A DNA stretch of 63,186 bases, the filler included, from Intoshia linei (lineage: Eukaryota; Animalia; Orthonectida): NCBI GenBank assembly GCA_001642005.1. It is 7 parts of 7 records of this genome, joined end to end, with 100 filler letters (N's around TTAATTAATTAA, not from the genome) between each part and the next. Parts side by side here need not be neighbours in the genome. Positions count along the whole stretch, not along the records: positions 46,615 to 56,828 come from LWCA01001288.1; positions 56,929 to 58,275 come from LWCA01002658.1; positions 58,376 to 61,210 come from LWCA01002202.1; positions 61,311 to 63,186 come from LWCA01002479.1; 3 more parts are not named here. The stretch is one strand, 5' to 3'. This document shows, one piece after another, positions 49,266-63,000 of this stretch. Position numbers and translations under genes: made by a program. The first letter of the stretch is position 1. Every line of letters begins with the position of its first letter. Under the pieces are notes generated by a model that worked only from the letters and a program-made list of their open reading frames with translations, did not search any database and was not told where the DNA came from.

Positions 49266-52200
49266 ATGTATGCAAGGAGCGACAAAGCTCTACCTTTAAA
49301 AATTACAGCTTCAGCGGTGACTGCAAATTTGTGTACATATGTGGATGTGAGCGTTAAAAAAATTTACTACGTGGTAATACATAACGATAAACTCGATTTC
49401 GTTATAGCTCAAATGGACGGAACGTCTGTCCATCATAAGTTAATAGTTTGTAAGCATCCAACTGATAATAAAACGGTGACTATTATTACACAAGCAAATT
49501 TACACAAAATTAATAATAGTATGATACTTGTAGTCACTGAAAACGTTTGTATTAATGTAATTTTTTTAATATTTAATATACATTTATATGAAGTTAATAC
49601 ATGTAAATTATATATTATTGTAGTTCTTCAATCCCATCAAAATGGAACTTTTATATGTTTTTATGAACAATGAAATTAAGACTAATTGCGAATATATTTC
49701 AAGTAATTTTTCATTGTTAATTATTCTCGTCATTTTTCCAGCAATAGTATTGGTGTCAGTATGTTGAAGACCCTCATCAATTTAAAAATTTAAAAATCAA
49801 CCTTCAGCATGTGAGCAATGGTAATTCACTAGGCATATTTGGGTATATAAGTTTCAGTCGTGATAATTAATAATTTTAAAAAATTGTGCATAAAAAGATA
49901 TGCGAATCAACAACTTTCAGATTCCATTAATAAAAACCATTAAATAGCATCCTTTAACTAAATTTAAGCTAAATATGCATTTCGAATCGTGATTCGGATG
50001 GTGTTGCAGAACAATAGTAAAAAGTACATTTTCGTCATTGTCATCACTCGTATTAATTAAGAAACCACAATTGTTAAGCTTAGTAAATTGAATGTAATAA
50101 TTTTTTATATTTTAGTCAGCCGATTTTATCGAGGCATAGCTTTCAACAAAACCTGCATATATATTGGTAACAGTGAAGGAATTGTTACAATTTTTGAGTT
50201 TTATCCAAAAAATTGTCAAGTCAAAGTTATCGATAAAATTCAACATGGTATAATTCAAATTAAATTAATGTAAATTACATAATAATTACAATAATTAAAA
50301 ACATACACAATATGTATTAATAAGTAATTTTGGAATGTCATGTAGAGGCAAATGCGTCATATTTGTAGAACACAACGTAAATGGAAAAAATCAATTTTAC
50401 GACCAATTTCAAATAAAAATTATCATTGACTACCACCAAATAAGGCTTTTCCAATTTTAGCAACGATATAATGAAAATTCAATTTTAATAACGTGAAAAA
50501 CATCTTCATATATTCCCATGGAAAAATATTTATTGACTTAAACGGAAAATAACAAGTTTTAGTAAAAATAAAGAGATAAACCTGCATTGATTTAACCCAG
50601 TGGTTCCGAAAATGGTCCACAGGAAATTCTAGGTGGTCCACAAGAAAACGTTTAAATAAAATGAAGATAATCTTTCTTATACCAATAATATCTTTACTTA
50701 TATAATATGTTATGCAATATTTGTTTGTGTGTGTGCGCGTTATCGTTTATTTCAATAACTACCAGTCTTCGAATTTTATAAAGTCCACATTTCTATCACA
50801 GCTTTTTCCGGAGGTAACGATTATGTTAGCATAATAAATTTCAACCTCCCAAACTCACATCTTACGGGTGAAAAACCCCAATTGTTCTTTTTTTTTAAAA
50901 ATCATAAACATTATTATAAATTTAAATTTAAAAAAATTTACAGGTGGTTGTAGTGTAAGTTCGTTTAGTTTACAATAAAATATATTTTGAAGTGTCTGTT
51001 TAATTCTATATATAATTTTGTGTCTCGTGTAAGTGGAAATAAAGATTCTATCAAATTGAAATGTGTTGTTATCACTAACGCTACAGTGGTACAGTTATAT
51101 CATGTTAACACAAACACAAAAATTTAAATCTGAATAAATTACGCCTTCACGGTCAAAAAAGCATTTTAGTATTCATTTATTTTTTTCCGAAATATTTTAT
51201 TAAAACAAAAAATGTGTGAATAATTTAAGATCCAAAAATTAAAAAAAAGAAGATTATTGTGATAGAGCTTATTCCAGTTGATATAAATACAACATTTTAA
51301 CCCCAGAAATCTACGCATTCCGGGTGAAAAATAATTTTTAATATATTATCAACCAATATTTTGATTAAAATAAAAATTGAAAATATAAATATTGATCCTA
51401 CAAATTCAAAAAAAATGTGCATTGAACTTCTACACATTTCCAATAAATAAATATGGGTGAAAATCTATATAATTAATTTCTTCGAAATTTTATTACATTA
51501 TAATGGATATAAAAAATTATATTTATATAACATAATCATATAAATTATACTATAAAGTACAAGAGAATTGTATAAGAGAATTTTTAGTGTGGTTTTCAAC
51601 ATCTCTAAAAAATATAAGTCTATCACAAAAAAACGTTGACCAGCTTTGTTATAAAATATCATCTAAAAATTTATTATAGATAAATCAACTTCACCAATAA
51701 CCGATTTAAAAGTGTTATCTGATTTAATGGTAACGTGTCATGAAGATGGGTCAGTCATGTGGTGGAGAACTAATTGTTTTAATATTGAATTTATAAAACT
51801 TTGTGAAAACAACAAGTAAATTATTTTATTTATTGAGAATATTTGCAAATTATCAAAATAAAAATATTAACATAACTAGCCTTACAATTATGTTAGGCAG
51901 TCCATTTTGGATACTATTTCTGGTTCCAAAAAGGGCTACACACAGACAACTATTAATAGTTGTTAATAGTAAATATATTTACTTTATATAAGTACTGCAA
52001 GTAAGGATTATATCAACATTTTTGTGAAACACTGTTAGACATTATATCCTCTTTTTTAAATAAATTTTAATTCTACATGATTAGCGTTGGAGCTGCTCTG
52101 ATATGCCAATTTTACATTCAAAATATAATCGCAGGATTTGAATATGGAATTATAAAAATGTTTACACACACTAAAAATGAACCGCTTTTCTTAATAAATG

Positions 52201-53032
52201 GCCATTCTCGTATTATTAATGATATTGCAGTGTGTCACCACTTAAATATAGTAATTTTATCAATTAATACATAAAAATGGTGAACATTTAATTAAAGTCT
52301 AGATCAGAACTTCCCAAACATTTTACTGTTGCGGTTCACTCAAAATTAATGAAACATTTGGCGGTGTCAATGTATAAAAAAATTAGTTAAAATAATCGAT
52401 TTGCCGGAAAATTTTGACTGGGTTTTGCTGAAATAGTTCCCCGAAAAATGGGGACCCAAATGTTTACTCTAAATTAAAATGACTTGTACAAAATTTACAA
52501 TTTTTGAATTATACTTAAAATTTTGTGACGCAATTTGATTCTAGTGCGTTGCGGTGCACGGTTTGGAAACCACTGGTCTAGATATACAGTATGTAGTAAC
52601 ATACATATTCCTTAATTTCTATGTACAGAATTGGCAACTGTAAGCACATAAAAGGTTATTATCATATTCCATCCAATGTACTCCCTGAAACCTACGATAT
52701 TTTTAGTTGACCATTTTTTGTTTTTAACCTAGATGAATTACCAATATTATTCAACCTGGGGCTCAATACTTTATTTAAATAATTAAAAAGTTTAGTTTGC
52801 CTCCGCTTCCGATGACGGAAAAGTTAACCTATGGAAAATTGATACTAAAAATCAAATGAAGGTTTGAATTTCATGTATTATTAAAAAATATACATTATAG
52901 ATAACATTCATTGAAGAACATTGTATTGAAAATAGATTAATATATGGATGTAAATTTATGGATCCAAATGGAAAAGTTTTGGGATTTTCGTGTTACGATC
53001 AAAATCATATACATTTTTTAATTAAAGCTTAA
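49266..53032 (+). CDS. WDR54: WD repeat-containing protein 54, about 7 exons (approx. 49266-49545, 49624-49702, 50116-50247, 51680-51815, 52085-52250, 52796-52861, 52901-53032)
   Basis: N-terminus LPLK.TASA...NL, then ITQ, FYRGIA, PITDL, IIAGFEYG, INGHSRIINDI, SASDDGKVNLWK and IYGCKF.DPNG...GFSCYD follow WDR54 in order. Confidence 0.85.
50691..51490 (+). mobile_element. Helitron-family copy in a WDR54 intron
   Basis: Start A|TCTTTACTTATATAATATG...TGTGTGTG and shared internal blocks. Confidence 0.7.
52305..52575. mobile_element. hAT (Charlie-type) MITE, 271 bp
   Basis: Perfect 8-bp TSD GTCTAGAT on both sides; imperfect TIR CAG...CCAAAC / GTTTGG...CTG. Confidence 0.85.
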
Positions 53033-53066
53033 TGTTTATTTTTACAAATAAAAATTTTATACAAGG

Positions 53067-54870
53067 TTAAATGTTTATGTTAAAAATGTTCCTTTTAAGT
53101 TTTTTTTGTTCTGTATAATGATATCGTAATAGAAAAATCATAATGCTGCAAATATTTATTAGAAATGCGCAGATTAACACAACGTATCCCAAGGAAAAAG
53201 ACCATAATTGTTGTAATGTTGAATATTCTGAATTATTTGCTAGGTGGGACGGTACAGCGATAATTACAGATATTTGAATAGTTGCTAAATTAGATATTTT
53301 TATTCTAAATATTTCACGAATCATGATTCATCACCGGTGACAATGGATCAGTTGTCAATCATGAGATTGAGAAAAAAATCAATGATATATAGCCAGTGCC
53401 GAATCTACTCACCGAACCCTCTTCGCCGGACCTTGACGAATTTTTAATAACATGGTGGCTTCATCATTCCAAATTAAGCATTCAAAAATTGTATTCTTGA
53501 ATATCATAACAATTTTATTTTAAACTTAATATCAAGCCAAGACCCTTGGAGAGTTGTCTAGGGCTATATGACACTATGTATCGTTTTGAAATTTTTTAGG
53601 ACATATTAATTGCATTTTTCATTATCGGTGGTCTTGTTCTCAGGGCCGTAGAGAGCCAGCAGTAGGCCCGAATTAGATGAAAATTGTAGACCCCTTATAA
53701 AATTTTTAAAAAAAATGATTTCTATATATTGTTTAATCGATTGTGAATTATCTAAAAATTAAAAATCGCATTGGTTATCGAAATTTTTCAACATTACCTA
53801 TTAATAAGTTCAAAAATTAGAACCCTCATGATTGTAAACCCGGGCCATATAGCCCTAGAATTATTATTAGTTGTATAGATTATGTTAAGTTGGTCATTAG
53901 AGTTGTGATAATAATAATTTTTATATGGTACTTCGTGGATAATAAGAAATTATTGAAAACAATATAAAGAAATTGAAAAATAAACCCACCATTTTTATAA
54001 ATTTAGGCTAGAAGCAAAAAAACTCTGAGGTACAATAGGTTTCACTCTGTTTATCGCCCAGTTAAATTGTGGTATAATGTTTGTGAAATTGGTTAAGAAT
54101 CACCGAATGTAACGATATGAAAAATACTTTTCCAACTTAAACACACCCTACTGTATATGCTTAACGAACAATATCACCACTTTAAAAATTGACCATATTG
54201 CAATGCATTGGTATGAAAAATGTCCATAAATAAATAATTACTATATTTATTATACATCAAATCGTACCAAACGATTGATATAATTAGATAATTGTGAATA
54301 AAATATATCATTACCGCATATTATCATAATAAAGAATTCAATTTTGAATAAGAGATAAGACCACTTTGAATGCTTCAATATTTGGAAAATATTGAAATAT
54401 ATGATGACAATATTTAAAAAAATGGACAAGATTAATAATATAGCCGCATATATGAGCCAATCTACAAAAAAATGTATAAAATCAACATACTTTACCTGGA
54501 ACCACACTATGGCATTTAGATTGATGTACGGTCCAAAGACACGTTTTCCATATGCCAATAGAAGTATTAATGGATCGAAGCCAAGACTCGCTAAAAAGAG
54601 CAGCAAATTGAAAAATTAAGGTGAAGGAATGAACAGTAATAAGCAGTATCTAAAAATCTCATTCCATGTGTTAAAAAAGGCTAAAAATTACAGTTAAAAA
54701 TGTAACATAATTGCAGCGGACATCCAGTGTAAAATTTTTCTTGAAAGTAACACTTTTTTGTTTAGGCATTTAAAACTTTCTAATTCGCGAAAATGTATAA
54801 TATTGGAAGATACTAAGCAAAATCATTAACCGTACAATTAAATTTACCGTTTGCAAATTTGAAAACATGA
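53067..54870 (-). CDS. Possible multi-exon membrane protein (unidentified)
   Basis: Hydrophobic exon-like segments (LSRKILHWMSAAI; ASLGFDPLILLLAYGKRVFGPYINLNAIVWFQ|gt; LQQLWSFSLGYVVLICAFLINICSIMIFLLRY) with nearby splice-like signals; the model could not be closed. Confidence 0.35.
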
Positions 54871-55209
54871 ATTTGTAATTTAAAAACTCATTAAATTAAT
54901 GCATTTTCATTGATTAATCGATACGATACCATTGATTTGGGATTATTAGACTACGAAACGTCACTTGTATTGAGAAATTGTATACCTTAACAATATATAA
55001 CTAATTTACACTTCTACAAAATACAAGTATTTGCAACTTATTGTATTTTCAATGCATTATACGGAGGAATCAATTTTAATCATTTGTTTATAGTAGAGTG
55101 ATTACGTACAGTCAAATTCACAATATAGAATATTATGCTATTCAACCGTAAATTTCAAATTGTCATACTACTCAAAATAACATAATTATAACAATTGGAT
55201 TATTTATGT

Positions 55210-56364
55210 TTATTTAGTTACACTTTTTTTGCGAAAAAAAGTAAATCTTTTCATACTGCCAATTTTTTTTCTCTTTGGACCTTTTAAAAGTTTTTTTATG
55301 GTTGAACTGTAAATTAATAATTTTAAAAAATAAAAATATATATTCAAAATTACATAGTTGGGGTAGCCATATCCATAATGTATTGCGGAACGTCACATCC
55401 TGCTTTGTACATGACATTGGCAATTCTAAATTATTCATTCATTCAAAAAATCAAGGGATTGATACAATAAAATTCTTTTCATCAGTTCAGCGCGATGAAT
55501 GCGAGTACCGACTGTGACCGCTGAAATAATGTACAATTTAATGTTAACGCTATTAGATTTAAGAGTTATGGCTTTTAGTTATAAGTAACCTTTTTTCAAA
55601 ATATTAATAGTTCTCGAATTTCGACATTTTAATGTGGATAGACAAAAAATTAAAAAACAAATAAATTTCAATTTTAAATTTTCGGGTATTTTTTTCGCCC
55701 TAATCTGACCTGCTAGATAAAATGTTTGGTGGTCACTGAACTATACAACAAATAAGTTGATGAAAATTACACTGAAAACTATTTACCGTTTTAAATAAGG
55801 TCTGTCATCATCCGTAAAATAAGTATACGCCACACCTTTTCGTCCTGCTCGACCCGTCCTGCCAATTCGATGAATATACGTAGTAGATGTTGAAGGAAAG
55901 TCATAATTAACAACCGTATTTATACATCTAAAGTCTAAGCCTCTAGACAAAACGTCAGTGCAAACGGTGATATGAACTTTACCCAATCTAAGATTAATGC
56001 ATGCGTCGTCTCTCTAAATAAAAAAAAGTTCAATTTAGATATTTAATTAAGACACAGTCACGTTAATAATAACAATACCTCTTGTTGAGTCAAACCTGAG
56101 TGAAGCTTTGAAACCTTTAAATCTGTCAAATTTTCTAAAAGATAATCATAAAGCTGATTAACTCTATTTTTATTTTGCACAAATATCAATACGGGTGTTT
56201 TTACTCCCTAATTTAACTATTAAATCATTTGTTTCGATAAGTTATTTATAAAATACCTCAGAAAACAAATATTTCAATTGTTCTGTTTTTCCGCGTTCTG
56301 TGGATACATATACCAGTTTTTGGTCTACATTAGGACTGGATTTGTTTATTCCATTAATATGAAC
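55210..56364 (-). CDS. DDX52: DEAD-box RNA helicase DDX52/ROK1, 3' exons (56364-~56257, ~56207-56079, ~56012-55787, 55425-55354, 55306-55210)
   Basis: [15 protein letters not shown]...[20 protein letters not shown].....[38 protein letters not shown]. The 5' half is not visible (gap). Confidence 0.88.
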
Positions 56365-56509
56365 CTGAAAATTGAATACAATGAATACTTATCATCATAA
56401 ACACCCATAATAGCTAATTTTTTTAAACAACTTAACCTATTAATAGTCATAAACCTTACAGACACGAATTGTTGTTAATTACGATGAATATTCATTATTT
56501 TGACTACCA

Positions 56510-56828
56510 TTAGATTACCATTTGCTGCACTGCTAATATGGATGGAACTAATAGACAAAAATTAATGGTGGTTGGTAAAAGCAAAATGCCAAGAAGTTTT
56601 AAAGGGTATGATCCACCTGTATATTATACTTCATCTAAATCGAGTTTGGTTTGTAGAGATATCGTCATTGATTGGTTTTATAATCACTTTGTACCTGACT
56701 CTAGGGCTCATTGTACATCCATGGGACTAAATACAAATTGTAAAATTCTACTTTTGATGGACCGATACCCTGCGCATCCACCGGTTCAATTTCTAATGTC
56801 GGATAATGTTGCAGTATTGTATATGCTT
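56510..56828 (+). mobile_element. pogo/Tigger (CENP-B-like DDE_1) transposase fragment, antisense in a DDX52 intron
   Basis: RITICCTANMDGT...KLMVVGKSKMPRSFK...WFYNHFVP...ILLLMDRYPAHP. Confidence 0.85.
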
Positions 56829-57146
56829 NNNNNNNNNNNNNNNNNNNNNNNNNNNNNNNNNNNNNNNNNNNNTTAATTAATTAANNNNNNNNNNNNNNNN
56901 NNNNNNNNNNNNNNNNNNNNNNNNNNNNTTAAATTTAAAATTTTTCTTAAATGTGCGGCCCTCAGATTCTGAAAGCTCTCTATTTAGGACGCACTCATGT
57001 ATAGTACAAGATGTGTAATATAAAATTTATTATTATAAATAAAAATAAATATATTTTTTATATTTGATATTAAATTTGTTGCCAGATAATGCTTGGTTGA
57101 GAGTAAAAATTGGCGTGCTCAATGAAGACACGTTAATGCAATAAAT

Positions 57147-57560
57147 TCATATACTGGAATAACTTGTACTTTGTAATTTGTCTTGCATATGGTGATACAT
57201 CATATCCTGACGAGATATAATACCGACAACGCGTTTAATTTCATCAACAATACAAATAGTATTTATGCCCATATTATTAATCAAAATGTTGCACCTTCTT
57301 AGTGAATATTCTTTATCGAGAAATAAAGAACTTGTATCCATTATTGGTTGCTAAAATTAAAAATGTAACAATATTAAAATATGGTTTTATGCGAAGAAAT
57401 TCAGTTATTTCTTCTGATATTGTCTTGATATTAATAGATTTGTGAAAAATTCTAAAAAATAAATATTTACCATATCTAAATAAAAATGTTTGTATTTTTT
57501 GTCTAGATATTTTCGTATTTTTATTTTGTTGATTGCATCTTCGTCGTTGTAATTATTTAT
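57147..57560 (-). CDS. CLC chloride channel/transporter, last two exons (57560-57471, 57350-57147; CBS2 domain)
   Basis: YLDM|QPIMDTSSLFLDKEYSLRRCNILINNMGINTICIVDEIKRVVGIISRQDMM fits the CLC-6/7-type CBS2 pattern (SL.R.Y..F..MGLRH..VV......VGIITR.DL). Confidence 0.65.
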
Positions 57561-57660
57561 CTAAATAATTTCATTAATAATATACATTAATATATTAAAA
57601 ATATGTAAATTATAAAAAATAGTTTCAAAACAATTCAATTTAAATAAAAATATAATTATA

Positions 57661-57712
57661 CTAGGTGGACTGTTATGTACTTCGTACAAACAACACCTAG
57701 CTCTGCCGAGAG
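57661..57712 (-). mobile_element. Isolated Helitron 3' terminus (others at about 45940-45985 and 40130-40180)
   Basis: Minus strand reads ctcggcagagctaggtg...tttgtacgaagtaca...CTAG|T. Confidence 0.65.
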
Positions 57713-59998
57713 TACATTTTTATTATACCAAAAAATTTTTTTCATAAAATTCCAGCTAATTTTATACATTTAAATGAATACTTTTTTAACTGATTATGTT
57801 CGGTTTATTATCAATTTTTCCAACAATTTGGTTATTTTATCAATCCACGTTCATTGTACAATATCAGTGTTATAAAAAAGTAATGTATATTATTGCTGGT
57901 TTGAGATAAATTTTAATTTAAACAATAAACAATAAAGTTGAAATTTTAAAAAAATAATAAAAACGTTAATTGATAATACAGTGGTTTCTGTACAATATGA
58001 ATGTCAAGGGACCGGATATTTAGAATATTCATAATAGAGTTGGTTGTACAATATGAATATGAATTAAGAATGAAGTGAATATTAACACAAATGTACAGAC
58101 CCGTCCATATGTTTTGAGCACTTAGTAAAATCGCCGCAATCTATATAAATTTTCTATTTTATAATTTTTTAAGTGGCTAACGTATTTAATAACAGAAATT
58201 CCATTTCTTAAAAAATTGTTATGGTTGCGACGATACATTAAATTTAATAAAAACTGATTTATTTATAAATAACAANNNNNNNNNNNNNNNNNNNNNNNNN
58301 NNNNNNNNNNNNNNNNNNNTTAATTAATTAANNNNNNNNNNNNNNNNNNNNNNNNNNNNNNNNNNNNNNNNNNNNCCCCCCCCAATGTCATAAATTTTTT
58401 TGTTGTTGTCTATTACTTATATGAAATTGAATATGTGTGCGTTGCCGTTTATTTAAAAATAAAGAGTCCTATAATTTAAAAAAACCAATTTCGAATAAGT
58501 TTTTGAATAGTTATACAGTATGACAAATTTAATTTTCCGAAATTTAGTCCATCAGAGTTAAAAACCCAATTCCTTTTTTTTTTTTAAAAATAAAATCAGC
58601 CCTAAAATTTAAAAAAAATAAATCTAGACGTGTTTTAAAATAATTAACATTGTCGTAAAATCAGCATCAGAAACTTACACCATCATGGTCAAACCCAAAT
58701 TTACTTTTTGTTAAAAATAAAAAAAGTCATTAAAATTTTTAACACATAAATTATGTAATAGTTTTTAAATCATAAGCATTATCATATATCCCAAAAAATA
58801 GATAAAAAATGTTTTAAAATTTCAAAAAAATAATAAATCTCATACAGTTAATTTCTAGTTAATGCACACAGAAATTTTTAATCTCACAAGGTGACGCATT
58901 TACTGTCAAAAAAAACTTTGGTATTGATCATTTTTGGGTATGTTTTGAAAAAAGCCAAATTTTCATAATTTTTTTTTTAAATTTTAAGACTGTTAAATGT
59001 ACATTTATGGTTTTTATTGTCAAGATGTTAATATACATTTTTGAATTTAAAATTTATGTTAATATTTATGAATCACGATTTCATCTTAATCATAAATTAT
59101 GTTTTTAAAATTCTAAAATATTTATTGATTAAAAAAAGGGTAATTTGGGGTAATAAGTATTGAAATGTAAAATATAATTTTTTAAATAATGAAAAACTTA
59201 TGATTATTACATTCACTGAAGGTACCAATTTTTAAATTTAAAATATATCTTACTTTTTGCTATATACTTGGAAAAACTAACATATTTTTTTTGAATTTTT
59301 TGGATTTGAAATTCAGTTTTCTCAATAAAAGATTACATATGACAAAACTATATATATTTTTATTCATACACGTATTATACAGGTATGATATTCAAGAATA
59401 TATTTTTTAAATGCTTAATTTAGAAAAATACTGCAAATTGTATAAAAATTTCGTCCAATGCCCAAGGATATCGGAGTAGGGTAGATTCAACTCTGCAACG
59501 AATATGTGCATTTTTGAGCTTGAAATTTTTTATCTAAATTAACTTTAATTTTTAACAAATTGTCACAGTATTATTTTTTTAAATTCTAGGATCACGAATT
59601 ATTAAGTATTTTTTATTATACAAATAAAAAAATATATTATAAAGTAATTTTCTGATCGTGAAGACGTTTCAAGAAATTTCTGAGTTTGACAGTTTTTCTG
59701 TATGTTAATTGAAATCTATATTACTCATATTTTTTTAAAATTTTGATACCACTATTTTACTTTTAATTTTGAAAGAAAGGGGTTATAGAAGATTTTAACC
59801 GTGAAAATAAACATTTCCGGAAAATATAAATAGGTATAACAAAATTATCATAAAAATGAAATCCTAAATGAAACCAAATTAATAAATTAAAGAGAAAAAC
59901 AAGAATAAATATATATAATAAAATAAGACAATGGACAGATCACATATTTCTTAAAAATTATAAAAATATAAAATTATACAAAATTTTTATTAATAAAT

Positions 59999-60810
59999 TT
60001 AACGACAAATATTTTTTCTGAGTGTATTAATTAGTGCAGAAAATGAACTCTAAAATTCAATGATTAAATATTAAATAAAAGAGATAAATTATACCCCATC
60101 GACACACAATTGTTCAATAATATAAGTGATTTTATATAAACATGTTTGAAAATCATAGGTATCCATATATTTGTTATTATAATCCATTAAAATGTCTAGC
60201 ATTTCTTCAAACTTGAAAAAATAAATGATCATAAATACCAAAAATTTTTAAATAAAATTATAATGAAAAACGAAAAAATAACCATACATATTTAAATATG
60301 ATATTCATGCTAACAATTTCGGCTTTTTTAGTTTTATTTCTTATATTCAATTTTTTCCGACAATCAAACATTAAAATGAGTGTATTTAAATCTTTGCAAT
60401 ATTTATTGGCATCTCGTTTTAGTTTATTCCGCATCAATTCCATTTTTTCAATTTTTTCGAGAGCTAATATAATCATTTAAACTACATGTATATAAAACAA
60501 CTAATTACACACGCTCAAGACGTTAATTTTCGTTTTACAGGGAGTTCGAGAAGATTTAACATGTTCATATTTATTCAAGGTATATATAATCTCTTTCAGT
60601 TTTATTATTCCACACTAAAAATAAAATTAATCAAACTACACTTGTTCAGGTAAATAAATGTGTGCCAAAATTTTAAACCACGATATATTGCATTACATTT
60701 ATTGTATCACGTCTTTTTTGTTCGGCTATAGAATGCAATTTTCTTTTTTCTTTTTCAATTAAATCATCTTGGTATGGACGTTTCTTATTTGTTGAATTAT
60801 CTTGACTCAT
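59999..60810 (-). CDS. MLX: MLX (Max-like protein X) bHLH-Zip, exons 60810-60697, 60614-60509, 60463-60288, 60211-60095, 60049-59999; about 187 aa
   Basis: Basic region KRKLHSIAEQKRRDTI, helix2/zipper KINVL...KDLNTLILM and C-terminal F..MLD.L.....DFQ......IIEQLC follow MLX. The last exon is the least certain. Confidence 0.78.
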
Positions 60811-61365
60811 GTTGATTTTGAAAAACACACGTGATCAACTTTATTTTGCTTAAAATTGAAATTACTTTTACAGAAATTGTTACACAATTGAATTGTATAA
60901 ATATAGAATTTGAATAATTTAGAAATACTTGTGTCGAATGTTTCAAATAACTTGAATTAAATGAAAGTGTAGTTTGTTTCGTTTCAAAATGTTATTTTGT
61001 AGATTCGTTTGTCTGTCGATAATCATGTTATGTTATATGATTCAAATGAGGAAGAACGGAGAAGAAACTATTTGTTGCTACAGTATAAACCCGTGTTGGG
61101 GCACCTTTTTTGAAAAGTGCCCCAAAAACCGAGGGTAATGATAATATTATATTTTTTATTAAATTAATTGAACGATGATAGTATTTAATCATAGTAAGAA
61201 AGTTGATAAANNNNNNNNNNNNNNNNNNNNNNNNNNNNNNNNNNNNNNNNNNNNTTAATTAATTAANNNNNNNNNNNNNNNNNNNNNNNNNNNNNNNNNN
61301 NNNNNNNNNNTAATGTGATATGATGGTTCCACCTGAAACAAATTTGGAAACCACTCCTTTAAAGA

Positions 61366-63000
61366 AGGGATGGGCAACTTTCTGTGATAGCGGGCCGGAT
61401 TGTTATATAAAATAGATGAGTGGGCCGGACAAATAAATTTTAAGAATTTTTGGTTTGAATATATTTATTTNAAATAAATTTTAAGAATTTTTGGTTTGAA
61501 TATATTTATTTTAAATTTTTATTATACAAAATAAAATTTACAGTTTTTATGACAAATGTCATTATATCGTAGTTTCATCGATTTTCCACATAATTCTTCT
61601 TGATGAATTACACTAAGTCAAAACGAAATTTTTTTTAATATAGCAGAGATAATTTTATATACTGTTGAAATATACACTGAGAAAATAAGATTGATATAAT
61701 TTGTAATATGTTTTGAGATCAAAATAATTGTTAAATTGGCAATTGAAATTTATAAATATCTATATTATTGTTTATTGGCTACAATTTACAAAGTTTTTAA
61801 AATAAAATTTACGACAAGGAATACATTTTGTAAAAATATAATTTACATTAAATTGGTACATTATTATTATATTATTAAAAAATAGTTATTTGTTTATTTA
61901 ACAGTACTTTCATTTTTAATAGTTAAGATCGAAATTTAAAAATATACATAAATTAATATAAAATTTAATTAACAAAATAAAATAATGTTTATCTTTGTTT
62001 CGCATTCCATAAATAGTATCCAAGCATATGTTTCATATATTTAGATCGGTATCTATTTACATATAGGAGTTGTTGGTGGAACCTCTCTCCATGTTCGTCG
62101 GACCAAGCTCTGCAATTTTCGGGAAACATATTTAGGTGGCGTCATAAATAATGCATTTTTGGACTTAGAAGACATCCCATCGCACAAGTTTTAAAGTGTA
62201 ACGTCTCTGGCTTTTTAAAGTACATATAGCATACACTGCAAATATGTGATGGGTCCAAATATTTTTTACGTTTTTTGCTGACATGCCAAAAGTACGTTCG
62301 TATGCAATGATAATTGAATTCTTCATATCATACATTCTCTTTCGATTTCGATTTGACAAGGTAAATGCTGTAGATGTAACAATACTTTAATGCGTTTCCG
62401 TAATTATATGTTGTTTATAAGTTATCTATGATTACCATATCAATATCAATGATAACAAAATATCATTTATAATAAATATTTATTTAAATAGATTCTACTA
62501 TAATTTCACACAATAGTTATAGTTACAAGAAAAATTATTTAAATGAATGTATCTTTGAAATCTGATCTGATATCAAAATAATATTTTCGATATATGAATT
62601 TGTGTTTTATACTCTTTACATTAGTAGGCTTTTTAGTATGCTATATTTTTTCGGTTTATTTTGTGCCCTAGTTTTATACAATGAAAGTTTTTTAGAGAAA
62701 TTGAAATGTTGTCATTTTTTAAATGTTCTTGCATTAAATTTACAATTCTTTTTTTTGAGCCTATCATAGATGGAGCACCGTCCGTAGTAAGCCCAACAAA
62801 TTTACGTATATTAAGATTTGCTTTATAGATCATTTTCATTATTCCATCAAAGATGACTCTTCCAGTGCAATTCCCAATCATAGGTATCAATTCAAAAAAT
62901 TCTTCAACAATTTCAAATTTGTAATTTACGCCTCTGACAAAAACTGCAACTTGGACACATTAATAAACTCTCCATCAGATACCGGTTTCATGCGTTGAGC
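61366..63000 (-). mobile_element. hAT (Buster/SPIN, GTF2IRD2-like) transposase remnant (about 62633-63000) with a possible terminus at about 61366
   Basis: QVAVFVRGV...IVEEFFELIPM...TG..IF, LTTDGAPSMIG, FHCI; terminus-like AGGGATGGGCAAC...GCGGGCCGGAT. Linkage of the terminus to the ORF is inferred. Confidence 0.75.

Noticed and set aside
59420-59533. Alternative last exon for MLX
   Set aside because: A closer exon (60049-59999) with a typical 45-nt intron fits the MLX length better; this segment's gene is unresolved.
62165-62359. 64-aa minus-strand ORF
   Set aside because: Non-ATG start, no motif, and it lies within a decayed hAT region.
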